A stretch of 64,000 nucleotides of DNA from a virus, in IMG/VR virus record IMGVR_UViG_3300018018_000001, positions 117,622-181,621 of that record; one strand, written 5' to 3'. Shown here one piece after another: positions 27,210 through 37,384 of this stretch (its first letter is position 1; every line of letters begins with the position of its first letter). A program made the position numbers and the translations under genes. Below the pieces are notes generated by a model that was not told where the DNA came from, made no database searches, and worked only from the letters and a program-made list of their open reading frames with translations.

Positions 27210-27330
27210 CTTAATAGTATTATTATTAATAGTATATATTATTATATATACTCTCTAGTAATTACTAGTAACTACTATTATATAGGTAGGTAGGATGGTA
27301 GGTATGGTAGTAGGTAGCTTCTATATATTA
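27210..27330. other. AT-rich segment, palindrome and GGTA(G) repeats: candidate origin unwinding region
   Basis: Near-pure A/T run 27211-27250; CTAGTAATTACTAG palindrome 27255-27268; strand-biased GGTAG repeats before the primase-helicase. Confidence 0.5.
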
Positions 27331-27346
27331 GCTGAAAGGGGATTGA

Positions 27347-29353
27347 GTGTATACAATAAAACCAAATTTTGAGAATATAGAATTAATATTCAAAGATGAC
27401 TTGGATAAACCTATTTGGATTTGTTGGCAAGAGATTCCTCCCTCTGAGGCTGAAATTAAAAAGGCTGAAGTCCTAATGAGAGAAGCCAAGCCTGTTAAGA
27501 TGCCGATTGATCCCAATACTGGATTCCAGGCAAAGACCAATGACGAAAAGACATGGGGAACATACTGGGTAGCGAAAGCATATTACCAATCTAACCCTGA
27601 TAAAATGTCCGGTTTAGGTCTAAATTATTATGGTAAGGGGGATAAGGATAAAAATTCTCATATCCTTTCTTTTGACCTGGATGACATTAAGAATGAATCA
27701 GGAGAGATTAAGGCTACCGTGATTAGGATTATTACTAAACTCTTGTCCTGGACTGAATTAACCCCTTCAGGAAAGGGGTGTAGGATCTATGTGAGAGAAA
27801 ATTGGATGAAAGGAGGGAGAAAAGCAGGGATATTCAAAGATTTTAATGAAAAGGGGGAACCAGAAGAGCAGAAAATAGAATTTTTTGGTGAGGGGAATCA
27901 CTATGTAACAATTACGGGTGTTCCTATTCCTAAAATAAATGGATTTGATAACAATAAAATAGAAAAAAGACCAAAAGATTTGACAGAGATGATTTATCAA
28001 AAAGTGTTCCCCCCTATTGTTAAATCCAATGAAGTTAAAGAGAAAGATGTAGAGATAACAGAATCCTATTTGGCCGAAGAACTTAGCTCTATTGGTTTTG
28101 AATATAAGCAAGAGTGGGGTATGGATCAGGGTGGAAAATCGGGATTCAAATTTAAGATTACTTGCCCTTGGGGATCAGAGGAGGGAACAGAACATGAAAG
28201 CGGTGTAAATAACTTAGGAGATGCTTTTATTTTTGTACCTGAAGACCATCGAAGGCCATGGTTTCATTGTTCCCACGCCACTTGTAAAGATAAATATTCA
28301 TGGGAAGACTTTTGTAGAAAAGTATTTGGCTATATTCTTTCCGATGGATCTTTGAATAGGAACATAATGTCCTGGATTAATGATCATCCAGGGGAAATGT
28401 TTGACCATCGTTTTCTTCAAAATGAATTTCATATTTTTTCTGAAAGTGAAAAAAATAATTTACGTGTTACTTTGTTTAGAGCTAAGAAAGATAATATAAT
28501 TGAACAACTTTCAAAATCCGGTAATTATCGGGTTATTTCAACAAAGGTGGTGGAAATGCCATTAGCTAAAAATGAGAAAAAGTCTTTTAAGATAGCTTTG
28601 CCATTGAATATTAATCTCTTAGGGACGTTTAAGCCTGAGAGGATTATTCTGGTACAAGGGGAAGTTAATGCAGGAAAAACTGCTTTTAACTTTAGCCTTA
28701 TTAAACCCAATTATAGGATAACTCCTATTCATTATTTTAGTAATTCCGAAATTGATGCAGAGGATATTGAAAGCAGAATGGCTTATCTGTTTTGTGAGAA
28801 ACCAATGGAATACTGGCAAGATAAAAATAATCTTAGTTTCCATAGAATAGAAATTGAAACTGAATTTGCTGATGTAGTTAGGTTGTATAAAGATTCCATT
28901 ATTATTTGCGATTACTTTGATGCCTCAAAGGATTATACTCAAGCCGCTCATCAAATGGCCAGAATCCATGATAAGTTACAAGGAACAGGGAATATGGCAA
29001 TAGTGTCAGTCCAGATTAATATTAACAAAGAAGTCAAGGATAATTTTGCATTGAGGGCATATGGAGGACCAAGTTTGACAACAAGACCTTCTACTGTCTT
29101 TAACTTAGTTAAAAGTAGTGGATACAATGTTCTTTATGTCCAAAAATTTAAACAAGTAGATCCTGTAGTCTACAAATTATTCTATGACAACCGATGGTGC
29201 CGGCCGTATAGAGTTTATGCCGAAGGTGGATTTATTGAAAAGACAACAGAGTATTGGGAACACCGTGGAGATAAAGAAGATGAGATCCCATTTAAACTAT
29301 CTGACGATAAGGAGAATTGGGGAAAGACTCCACCCCAAGTTACGGGGGGATAA
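27347..29353 (+). CDS. Primase-polymerase fused to RecA/DnaB-like helicase
   Basis: SFDLDD and TELTPSGKG (prim-pol), CPW..H..CSHATC zinc motif, Walker A GEVNAGKT, Walker B IICDY. Confidence 0.75.
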   Translation: MYTIKPNFENIELIFKDDLDKPIWICWQEIPPSEAEIKKAEVLMREAKPVKMPIDPNTGFQAKTNDEKTWGTYWVAKAYYQSNPDKMSGLGLNYYGKGDKDKNSHILSFDLDDIKNESGEIKATVIRIITKLLSWTELTPSGKGCRIYVRENWMKGGRKAGIFKDFNEKGEPEEQKIEFFGEGNHYVTITGVPIPKINGFDNNKIEKRPKDLTEMIYQKVFPPIVKSNEVKEKDVEITESYLAEELSSIGFEYKQEWGMDQGGKSGFKFKITCPWGSEEGTEHESGVNNLGDAFIFVPEDHRRPWFHCSHATCKDKYSWEDFCRKVFGYILSDGSLNRNIMSWINDHPGEMFDHRFLQNEFHIFSESEKNNLRVTLFRAKKDNIIEQLSKSGNYRVISTKVVEMPLAKNEKKSFKIALPLNINLLGTFKPERIILVQGEVNAGKTAFNFSLIKPNYRITPIHYFSNSEIDAEDIESRMAYLFCEKPMEYWQDKNNLSFHRIEIETEFADVVRLYKDSIIICDYFDASKDYTQAAHQMARIHDKLQGTGNMAIVSVQININKEVKDNFALRAYGGPSLTTRPSTVFNLVKSSGYNVLYVQKFKQVDPVVYKLFYDNRWCRPYRVYAEGGFIEKTTEYWEHRGDKEDEIPFKLSDDKENWGKTPPQVTGG

Positions 29354-30090
29354 TGAAAACCAAAGAGTTTAAATTATGTGAATGCAATTGTGGTAATTAT
29401 GCCAAACCAGGAAATAGATTTATTAATGGGCATAATAGAATAGGGAAGAAAAATATTGAAGCTGCTTCTAGGATAGGTAATAAAAATCCAATGTTTGGTA
29501 GAACTGGTAAAAATAGTCCTATATTTAATAGGAAACATACTAAAGATGAATTGAGAGAGATGAGTGAATCTCAAAAAGGTGAGAAAGGTTATTGGTTTGG
29601 AAAGAAAAATTTTGATCATTCTGTTAGAATGTTAGGAGAGAAGAGTCCAAGATTTGGTAAACCTGGCTATTGGGCAGGAAAGAAAAGACCAGATATTTCA
29701 GCTAAACCTAGTCCTATGCTTGGAAAGAAAAATCCTATTGTTTCTATTTTAATGAAAGAAAAAACAGGTGATAAGAATAATAATTGGAATGGAGGGTCCT
29801 CTTTTGAACCTTATAGTTTAGAGTGGACTAATGAATTAAAAAATAAAATTAGAGAAAGGGATCATTATATTTGTCAACTTTGTAAAAAATATGGAAATAC
29901 TATTCATCATATTGATTATAATAAGAAGCATTGTGATTTTAGTAATTTAATTAATTTATGTAGAAGTTGCAATGTTAAAGTAAATAAGAATAGAATTCAA
30001 TGGGAAATTTATTTTAGACTATATATGGTTATAAATCAGAAAGGAGAGAGAAATGAAAGTGGAACTCGAAGCACCAAAGAAAATTCTTGA
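29353..30090 (+). CDS. HNH homing endonuclease (family A)
   Basis: CECNCGNYAKPGNRF, IRERDHYICQLC, HHIDYNKKHCDFSNLINLCRSCN. Confidence 0.85.
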   Translation: MKTKEFKLCECNCGNYAKPGNRFINGHNRIGKKNIEAASRIGNKNPMFGRTGKNSPIFNRKHTKDELREMSESQKGEKGYWFGKKNFDHSVRMLGEKSPRFGKPGYWAGKKRPDISAKPSPMLGKKNPIVSILMKEKTGDKNNNWNGGSSFEPYSLEWTNELKNKIRERDHYICQLCKKYGNTIHHIDYNKKHCDFSNLINLCRSCNVKVNKNRIQWEIYFRLYMVINQKGERNESGTRSTKENS

Positions 30091-30399
30091 GACAACGATT
30101 CCTGAATCCAGGCCCCATGGTGGTGTGGCTCCTATGTCTGGATGCCCTGTTTGTGAGGCGTTGGAAAAAATTTATCGCAAGGATAAGAAGAGAAAACCTT
30201 TTATGCCTGATAAGGATAGGGAGTAAATTTTGATTGTAAGAAACTCTATAGGAAATTTGGTTTGCCCAATGAAAAAGATTCCATGCACCTACAAGAAGGG
30301 GAATGGTAGGTGTAAGAAATATTCCGTTAGGGTAAAAGAGATATTAGGGAAACAGGTTTGCCTCAATGTCAGAAAAAGATCGATTAAGGAGTGTTCAAT

Positions 30400-30930
30400 A
30401 TGGGATCTGGAATAGGTGGTCATCAAAGAACGTATCAAGGTAGAACCAATGAATGGTTTACCCCGAAATGGATTATAGACAAGCTTGGGCAATTTGATTT
30501 GGACCCCTGCTCCTCTGATAGAAGGCCATTTGATATTGCGCCTAGATGGTTTACAAAAGAGGATAATGGGTTGAGTAAGGAATGGCTTGGTATGGTATTT
30601 GTTAATCCACCTTATGGCCCTGAGACTAAGCTGTGGCTTAAAAAGCTTAAAGAGTATGGGAATGGGATAGCTCTTGTCTTTGCCCTGACTGAAACCAAAA
30701 TGTTCTTTGACCATGTTTGGAATGACTGTTCTGCAATCCTGTTTATCAAAAAGAGGGTTTCCTTTACCGATTGCACAGGGGATGAAGGGCAGAGTTCCAA
30801 TGGTGGCCCCTCTGTTTTGATTGCTTATGGAGAGCAAGCGGCTGAAAGATTGGAGAAATCAGGGATTGAGGGAAAGTTTATTAATATGAAAAGAAAAGGA
30901 TTATTTGAATTTAAGGTTAAGTTTCTATGA
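30400..30930 (+). CDS. Phage N6-adenine methyltransferase (Dam-like)
   Basis: NEWFTP, FDLDPC, NGLSKEW, VFVNPPYG. Confidence 0.9.
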   Translation: MGSGIGGHQRTYQGRTNEWFTPKWIIDKLGQFDLDPCSSDRRPFDIAPRWFTKEDNGLSKEWLGMVFVNPPYGPETKLWLKKLKEYGNGIALVFALTETKMFFDHVWNDCSAILFIKKRVSFTDCTGDEGQSSNGGPSVLIAYGEQAAERLEKSGIEGKFINMKRKGLFEFKVKFL

Positions 30931-31535
30931 TTGATAAAAATTATCGTTTAAATGTAGGTAGGGCAGGTGAATTTTTAGTTGCTGCTGATTTAATTTTAAA
31001 GGGATTTAGGGCTTTCCCTACTTCTGAGGGTCTTTCTTATGATATTATTTTAGAAACTAAAAATCATATTTTTTTAAAAATTCAAGTAAAGTCAACAATT
31101 GGAAAAAGAAAAAGAAGTAAACAGAATGGACAAAAGGGTGAATCTCCTTTTAGATATATTTTTCATGGAAAAAGAAGTGGAAAGCATGGAAAAAATTGTT
31201 ATACAGATAAGGAAGTAGATATTTTTGCTTTTATTGCTCTTGATAGCAAAGAAATTGGTTATATTCCTATTGATTTTATTCAAGATCAAATGCCTTTCCT
31301 TCCTGAGGGTTCAAAAGTTTCTAGGTCTGTTGATGATATAAAAATTAAAATATTTGAACTAAAGAGTAAAGGACTTACACTAACTGAAATTTCTAAAAGA
31401 TTGGGTAAACATATAAGCTGGGTTTGCAGGGTTTCTCAGGGTAAAGAAAATAATTCTATTAAGGAGAGACATTTATCTGATTTTCCAATAGATAAAGCTG
31501 TTGAATATATCTTATCAAAGAAAGAGCATAAATAA
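30927..31535 (+). CDS. PD-(D/E)XK homing endonuclease with C-terminal HTH
   Basis: GRAGEFLV, YDIIL, KIQVKST; LTLTEISKRLGKHISWV. Confidence 0.75.
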   Translation: MIDKNYRLNVGRAGEFLVAADLILKGFRAFPTSEGLSYDIILETKNHIFLKIQVKSTIGKRKRSKQNGQKGESPFRYIFHGKRSGKHGKNCYTDKEVDIFAFIALDSKEIGYIPIDFIQDQMPFLPEGSKVSRSVDDIKIKIFELKSKGLTLTEISKRLGKHISWVCRVSQGKENNSIKERHLSDFPIDKAVEYILSKKEHK

Positions 31536-32050
31536 TGACTGCTAATGATATTATTAAGGAATTACCACGTTTAGGAAGTTATAGGTCTATTCTAATTCCT
31601 GAATTTACTTGGGGAGATCTTAGAATAGATGCTTTACTAATAAATTTTGATAAACGATTAATAAGAGGTTTTGAAATTAAAGTCAATAGGGGGGATTTTA
31701 TTAAAGACGAAAAATGGGCTTTGTATTCTCAGTTCTGTTCATCCCTCATTATTGCTTGCCCCGCTGAATTGATAAAACCTGAAGAGGTTGAAAAGCCATT
31801 TGGATTACTTTGGGTTTATGAGAATATAGGACCCAGAGGAGTGGAATTTGATTGGATAAAGAGGCCAAAGAACTTTCAAAAAAGAAACTCCCTTGCATGG
31901 TTGTGGACTTATCTTAAAGTCATGGAGGAAGAGTTTCCAAGAATGTCTGAAGAGTTGGAAAGAGTAAAGAGGGATAATAAATATTTACAGAATGCACTAA
32001 ACAAATTAGAGGATTTTGCCAATAAAAGAGAGGAGGAATCATGCCTATAA
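31535..32050 (+). CDS. MmcB-like PD-(D/E)XK nuclease
   Basis: PEF...RIDAL..GFEIKVNRGDF..DEKW..Y..FC. Confidence 0.75.
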   Translation: MTANDIIKELPRLGSYRSILIPEFTWGDLRIDALLINFDKRLIRGFEIKVNRGDFIKDEKWALYSQFCSSLIIACPAELIKPEEVEKPFGLLWVYENIGPRGVEFDWIKRPKNFQKRNSLAWLWTYLKVMEEEFPRMSEELERVKRDNKYLQNALNKLEDFANKREEESCL

Positions 32051-32349
32051 AATATAAAAGAATTGAAACTTTTATTTTAGAACCAGAGGAAAAGAAATGT
32101 AACCGATGTAAGAGAGCGTTTAAATATAATTCAGATAACATGATTGAATGGCAGGAATTTTTTCATGTTGAGTTTGAAGGTGGTTATGGTTCCATTTTTG
32201 GAGATGAAGCCAAAGTTACACTTGATCTTTGTCAAACTTGTGTTAGAGTGGTTTTAGGAGAATACCTTGAGGTTAGTTCTGATTGGATGGATCAAGTTAA
32301 TCAAGATAGGGAACAAGAAGAAATAAAATTTAGAAGGGAAAATGGATGA
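32041..32349 (+). CDS. Zinc-finger hypothetical protein
   Basis: CNRC...GGYGSIFGD...LDLCQTC. Confidence 0.65.
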   Translation: MPIKYKRIETFILEPEEKKCNRCKRAFKYNSDNMIEWQEFFHVEFEGGYGSIFGDEAKVTLDLCQTCVRVVLGEYLEVSSDWMDQVNQDREQEEIKFRRENG

Positions 32350-32620
32350 TATTTATATTGGTCGTTGGAATCCAAGAATTCCTATTGATAGTAAATATCG
32401 AAACCCTTTTAAGATAGGGATTGACGGTGATAGGTTGGAATGTCTTAAGAAGTTCAAGGAATATTTCTATTCCAATTCTGCTCTTATGATTGATGCAGTA
32501 CAGGAACTTAAGGGAAAAATATTGGGTTGCTGGTGCAAAGAAGAGGGTAAGTCTGAAATGGAAACTCTTTGTCATGGGGATATTCTTGCCGCTTATGTGG
32601 ATAACTTTACGGAGGGTTAA
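32342..32620 (+). CDS. DUF4326 protein
   Basis: IYIGR, NPFKIG, LKGKILGCWC, CHGDIL. Confidence 0.85.
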   Translation: MDDIYIGRWNPRIPIDSKYRNPFKIGIDGDRLECLKKFKEYFYSNSALMIDAVQELKGKILGCWCKEEGKSEMETLCHGDILAAYVDNFTEG

Positions 32621-35600
32621 TGGGGAATTCACCTGCTATTTGTGATGATTGTGAAAAGTGTTTACTCTGTTATCAGGATATAAAGCATCCAGGTCTTGGT
32701 GGCCGTGGAAACTTAAATGATCCTATCCTTGTTGGGATTGGGGAGGCCCCTGGACCTGATGAGGATATAGAAGGAACAATTTTCATTGGTAAAGCAGGGA
32801 AAGAGTTGGAATTGCTTTTGGGTGATAAACTTCCTCTGATATATCTTACTAATGCCTTAAAGTGTTTGCCCCTCAAGAGGTTTGATGATCCTTCACAAGG
32901 TTTCCGTACTCCTGAGGCTTTGGAAATCTTTTCTTGCCGCTCACTTTTATTCAAAGAGCTTAAGGCTTTTGATCCCAATAAAGTTATCTTGATGCCAATG
33001 GGAGCAATAGCATATCAATCCATATTTGGTTTCCCTCCTGATCCTGGAATTCTGTCAGTAGCCGGGATGCCTATGAGAGTAAAAATAAATAACACAGAAT
33101 TTTTGGTAGTACCTAATGTTCATCCCTCTTGGGTTGCCAGAGCCCCTAAAGAAAGAGAGGGAAAATTTAGAGGTATTTTGAACAGGGCTTGGGGCCTTGC
33201 TAAAGAAGGAAATTTATCAACTGTGAGTATCGAGAGTAAGGGAGCAGACTATGAAATTCTAAACCCTAATAGAGCTATCCAGGAACTTGAATTTATCCTG
33301 GCAAATAAAGAAAATCTTCCATACATAATAGTGGATTTGGAAACTACTTCTTTGGATTATTGGAAAGCCAAAATCCTTATGATTAACTTTGCTCATTCTC
33401 TTAATCCCAAGGGGTTTTCAATACCGCTCAGAGTTACTAATGAAAATCATCATCCTGATAAATATCCATACCAGGTTCCAATAATTCCTTGGGATATTAC
33501 TCCTGAACAGGTTTCTAAGATAATAGGGTTGTTTATAAAGATTCTTGAAAGTGTTCCTCTTGTCGGCCATAATCTCAAATATGATTTGTTGATTCTGCTT
33601 TGGAATAAATGGATAGCAAATTTAGATAATGTTGTTGTGTTTGATGATACTATGATTCTTCTCCATTTGATTTACAATCAGAAATTAGGCAATTTGAAAC
33701 TCAAGGATTGCTGTAAAAAATTGTTTAATATAGTAGATGATTGGGATAAGAAAGTTACAAGCTACCTGGAGTTGTTCCGATTAAAGGAGGATAAAACTAA
33801 CTATGCCCTTTTGCCTACGTCCATTCTTGGGGAATATGGGGCTTTGGATGCTTATTACAATCGGAAGTTACATGACCATCTTCTTGAGGACTTCCCTAAG
33901 GATTTGACAGAGCTAAGAGAATTTATTACTTATCTAACAATTGTCTTGACCGAATCTGAGATTTCGGGAATAGCCTTGGATGAGGATGTTCATAAATTCC
34001 TTGCGAACACCTATGGAGATATGCTGGATAAGATGTTTGACAAGGCTTTATCCTTTCCTATGGTTAAGAAATATATTGAGGCTAACATAGGTTCTGTGAG
34101 AGAGGCAAATGAAAAGCCTAGAAAGAAAAAGAAGCTATCCGAAGAGGAAATGGTAGCTGAAGTATTTACGATGACAAAACGGTTGGCCCTTGTGGATGTA
34201 ATGTATGACAAAGAATATTTGGGTATGCCTGTACTCAAGAAAACCAAGGGGGGAAAGGATAGGTCTGCCAAAGCCCCTTCCACTGACCAAGAAGCCGTGG
34301 AATTACTCCATCTTTATCCTAAGCTGAATGAGGACCAGAGAATCTTTATTGATAACCTGGCTGATTACCGAACCATAGACAAATTGAAATCCACCTATGT
34401 AGATCCTGTCATGAACCAGTTTGTGGATAATCTTTACCGTCAAGAGTTCATGATTCCAGGGACCATAACTGGTAGACTTTGTTTAGTTGGTAGTACAAAA
34501 ATTTCATTACTAAATGGTGAAGAAATAGAAATTGATAAATTACCAATAAATGAAAAAATATATTTATATGGTTGTCTTCAAGATGGTGGCATAATTCCTG
34601 TTGAAGCTATATCAATTGGGGAAACTAAGAAAGTTACTATTATTGCAGAAGTTATATTAGATAATGGTTGTATTGAAAGATGCACTCTTGACCATTCTTG
34701 GATGTTAAGAGATGGGTCTTATAAAGAAGCCCAGTATCTTAATCCTGGTGATTCTTTAATGCCTTTATACAGAGAAACTAAAAAAATAGGAGAATATAAA
34801 GATTATGAAGTTATTATAAATAATAAAAATGGTAAAAAAATTCTTACTCATAAATTAGTAGCTAATTATTTTAATAGAGATCAAAAATTGGAGGTTAGGA
34901 AAAATACCAAAGATAAATACTTGGTTATTCATCATGACGATTTTAATAGAAAAAATAATTACCCTAAAAATTTAATTTGGATGGGGGAACATGATCATTG
35001 GATACTTCACGCCTCTCTTGGTAAGGCGGACTTACTTCTAAAATATGTTTGTTCTGATGAGGGTAGAAAAAAATCTAGTGAAAGATTATTGAAAAGATGG
35101 TCTGACCTAGAATATAGAGAAAAACAAATAAAGATTCTTAGAAATAATGGTCTTAAAAGTTGGGAGTCAGAAGATAGAAGAAACAAGCAAGTCCAGATTG
35201 GTAGAAATAATGCCCATTTTATGCTTACCCCTAAATTTAGGGAAAAGTCTTTAAAATTATCTATTCCTATAAATTCTAAAAGATGGAAAGAGTTGTGGGG
35301 CATTGATGAAAAGTGGAGACAAGATTGTATTAATAGAATTAAAGAAATATGGAATAATGAAGAATATAGAGAAAAAATGTCTTCCATTGCTAAAGATACA
35401 ATTAGGAAGCAACTTCAAGATCCTATATTTGTAGAAAAATCAAGATTAGCTGCTATAAAATGTGGTACTGAAGTGTTTAATAGAGTAATAAATAAACTAT
35501 GTCCTAAATGTGGTAAGATATTTGTTAAACAAGCAGCTTTAAATGGGCATCTTGGCTACTGTGGTAAAGGATTAAATAATAAGAAAGATTATTTAAATGA

Positions 35601-36801
35601 CGTTGTTAATCAGTCTTGCCCTAAATGTGGGAAAACTTTTTTAATTAAAGGCAGCTATATTGGGCATGTGAACAGTTGTAAACACAACCATAGAGTAGTG
35701 TCTGTCAAAATAATAAAATTAGAAAATCCCATCTCTGTTTATGAAATTGCTTATTCTAAAACAAATAATTTTGCACTTTCATCCGGAGTTTTTGTCCACA
35801 ATTCTTCGGGATTCCATACTCTCCCCCGTGAGTCAGATATTAAGAGAATGTATACAAGTCGATGGAGGGAAAAAGGTGGCTTGATTTTGGGATTCGATTT
35901 TTCACAATTGGAACTGAGAGTTTTGGCCTGTCTATCCCAAGAGCCTAAAATGATTGAAGCTTTTATCAATCATGTGGACATTCATGCCAAGACAGGGGGG
36001 GAGATTGCGGGTAAGTCTTGGGATAAGATAACTCCTGATGAGCGTTCTATCGGAAAGACCACAAATTTTGCAATTGTGTACGGAAAAACTGCTGATACCC
36101 TGAAAGATGACTTGCATGTGTCCAGGGAAAGAGCGCAGCAGATTATTGACAGTGTGCTAGGGGGTTATGATAAAGTAGCGTCCTGGATGGAAGCAAGGCA
36201 CAAGGAACTGGAAAATATAGGGGGAATCAAGACGATTTTTGGTAGGGAGATTCCCATTCCAGAGTTCTACCTTCAGGGCAGAACCTTTGAGTTAGAGGCC
36301 CAGAGAAAGTCTGTAAATTATCCAATACAATCAACGGCTTCCGATTTGGCTAATAGTGGCTTAGTGAGATTATATAAGAAATTCAAGATGTTACATTTAC
36401 AGAGTATAATTCTTGCCGCTATCCATGATGCTGCTTATTCCGATCTTAAGCCTGGAGAATTATTCGTTTCTATAGCCATGATGAAGAAAATTCTTGAGGC
36501 TGAGACTATGAGGATGTATCCTTGGATTATTTGTCCTATTGAAATAGACATTTCTATGGGTACATCATTGGGAAGTTCTATAAAATTAGAGGTAGAAGAA
36601 CTTGAGGAAAATCGAGCACTTCTAAAGGGAAAGGGACTTAGGAAGGATTTTAATATGCTTATGAATGTGGGACAAGAGGCTTATAACATGAAATTCTACC
36701 TGGAAAAGGAAAAGCCTGTAGATTCAGATTACTTCACTTTAGATCGTGTCTTGGGGGATACTGTTGAGTGGAAAGGAAGGCTAGAAGTATCCAATAAATG
36801 A
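32620..36801 (+). CDS. polA: Family A DNA polymerase with N-terminal family-4 uracil-DNA glycosylase domain and intein
   Basis: UDG: GEAPG.DED..G..FIGKAG, NALKC, HPSW; exonuclease: VDLETT, GHNLKYD, YGALDA; polymerase: TGRL, DFSQLELR, K..NF..YG, IHD. Confidence 0.95.
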   Translation: MGNSPAICDDCEKCLLCYQDIKHPGLGGRGNLNDPILVGIGEAPGPDEDIEGTIFIGKAGKELELLLGDKLPLIYLTNALKCLPLKRFDDPSQGFRTPEALEIFSCRSLLFKELKAFDPNKVILMPMGAIAYQSIFGFPPDPGILSVAGMPMRVKINNTEFLVVPNVHPSWVARAPKEREGKFRGILNRAWGLAKEGNLSTVSIESKGADYEILNPNRAIQELEFILANKENLPYIIVDLETTSLDYWKAKILMINFAHSLNPKGFSIPLRVTNENHHPDKYPYQVPIIPWDITPEQVSKIIGLFIKILESVPLVGHNLKYDLLILLWNKWIANLDNVVVFDDTMILLHLIYNQKLGNLKLKDCCKKLFNIVDDWDKKVTSYLELFRLKEDKTNYALLPTSILGEYGALDAYYNRKLHDHLLEDFPKDLTELREFITYLTIVLTESEISGIALDEDVHKFLANTYGDMLDKMFDKALSFPMVKKYIEANIGSVREANEKPRKKKKLSEEEMVAEVFTMTKRLALVDVMYDKEYLGMPVLKKTKGGKDRSAKAPSTDQEAVELLHLYPKLNEDQRIFIDNLADYRTIDKLKSTYVDPVMNQFVDNLYRQEFMIPGTITGRLCLVGSTKISLLNGEEIEIDKLPINEKIYLYGCLQDGGIIPVEAISIGETKKVTIIAEVILDNGCIERCTLDHSWMLRDGSYKEAQYLNPGDSLMPLYRETKKIGEYKDYEVIINNKNGKKILTHKLVANYFNRDQKLEVRKNTKDKYLVIHHDDFNRKNNYPKNLIWMGEHDHWILHASLGKADLLLKYVCSDEGRKKSSERLLKRWSDLEYREKQIKILRNNGLKSWESEDRRNKQVQIGRNNAHFMLTPKFREKSLKLSIPINSKRWKELWGIDEKWRQDCINRIKEIWNNEEYREKMSSIAKDTIRKQLQDPIFVEKSRLAAIKCGTEVFNRVINKLCPKCGKIFVKQAALNGHLGYCGKGLNNKKDYLNDVVNQSCPKCGKTFLIKGSYIGHVNSCKHNHRVVSVKIIKLENPISVYEIAYSKTNNFALSSGVFVHNSSGFHTLPRESDIKRMYTSRWREKGGLILGFDFSQLELRVLACLSQEPKMIEAFINHVDIHAKTGGEIAGKSWDKITPDERSIGKTTNFAIVYGKTADTLKDDLHVSRERAQQIIDSVLGGYDKVASWMEARHKELENIGGIKTIFGREIPIPEFYLQGRTFELEAQRKSVNYPIQSTASDLANSGLVRLYKKFKMLHLQSIILAAIHDAAYSDLKPGELFVSIAMMKKILEAETMRMYPWIICPIEIDISMGTSLGSSIKLEVEELEENRALLKGKGLRKDFNMLMNVGQEAYNMKFYLEKEKPVDSDYFTLDRVLGDTVEWKGRLEVSNK
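34480..35802 (+). mobile_element. Intein (441 aa) with HNH endonuclease and two zinc fingers
   Basis: Begins CLVGSTKI after TGRL, block B TLDH, ends GVFVHN before Ser; removal restores TGRLSS. Confidence 0.92.
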
Positions 36802-36802
36802 C

Positions 36803-36830
36803 TAAACTTTCCCCCTTATTATGCCGAAGA
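36803..36830 (+). promoter_or_regulatory. sigma28-like promoter P7
   Basis: TAAA-N16-GCCGAAGA. Confidence 0.8.
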
Positions 36831-36851
36831 GATAATCAAAGGGAGGGACCA

Positions 36852-37076
36852 ATGGCAAACTCAAACAAAATGAATATCGAATGGCATAAGGCGTGTTTGT
36901 ATAATTCCATGATTACCGAAAATAATCTTGTAAAGGAAATTGAGAGAAGGCAAGCAGAGTTAAAAAGAACACATGAGAGTAATTTGTTTTATGCCCACCA
37001 GATTGCAACTGCTGAGGCAGAGAAAAGGGATTCTTTTGATCGTGACAGATTCATGGTAAAAAGGGGAACCAAATGA
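36852..37076 (+). CDS. Hypothetical coiled-coil protein
   Basis: GGGAGGG RBS; first gene after P7. Confidence 0.65.
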   Translation: MANSNKMNIEWHKACLYNSMITENNLVKEIERRQAELKRTHESNLFYAHQIATAEAEKRDSFDRDRFMVKRGTK

Positions 37077-37378
37077 GTAGCAATATTGTTGGTTTTATAC
37101 TTTTTGTCTTGAATTTTTTTGACGGTATTGCAACCTATGGTATGGTAAAGCAATTTGGTTTAATGACAGAAATGAATCCTTTAATGAGATCTCTGATGGT
37201 TATTTTATCTCCTGAGGGGTGGTTACCACTTAAAATTATGGTGGGTTTCTTGTTGTGGTGTTACTTGTCTTTTAGGTGTAATAGATTATCTTTTATTCCT
37301 ACAGTAGGCTTTGGTATTGCTGCACTAGCTCTTTCTGTTGTTGATTCTATCCATGTTTTAAATTTTCTTTTTCCTTGA
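37073..37378 (+). CDS. DUF5658-like membrane protein
   Basis: LNFFDGIATY...EMNPLM, three hydrophobic helices. Confidence 0.7.
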   Translation: MSSNIVGFILFVLNFFDGIATYGMVKQFGLMTEMNPLMRSLMVILSPEGWLPLKIMVGFLLWCYLSFRCNRLSFIPTVGFGIAALALSVVDSIHVLNFLFP

Positions 37379-37384
37379 GGAAAT

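Noticed and set aside
26915-27214. 99-aa ORF with VMEHY repeats
   Set aside because: Translation of the palindromic DNA repeats; probably not a gene.
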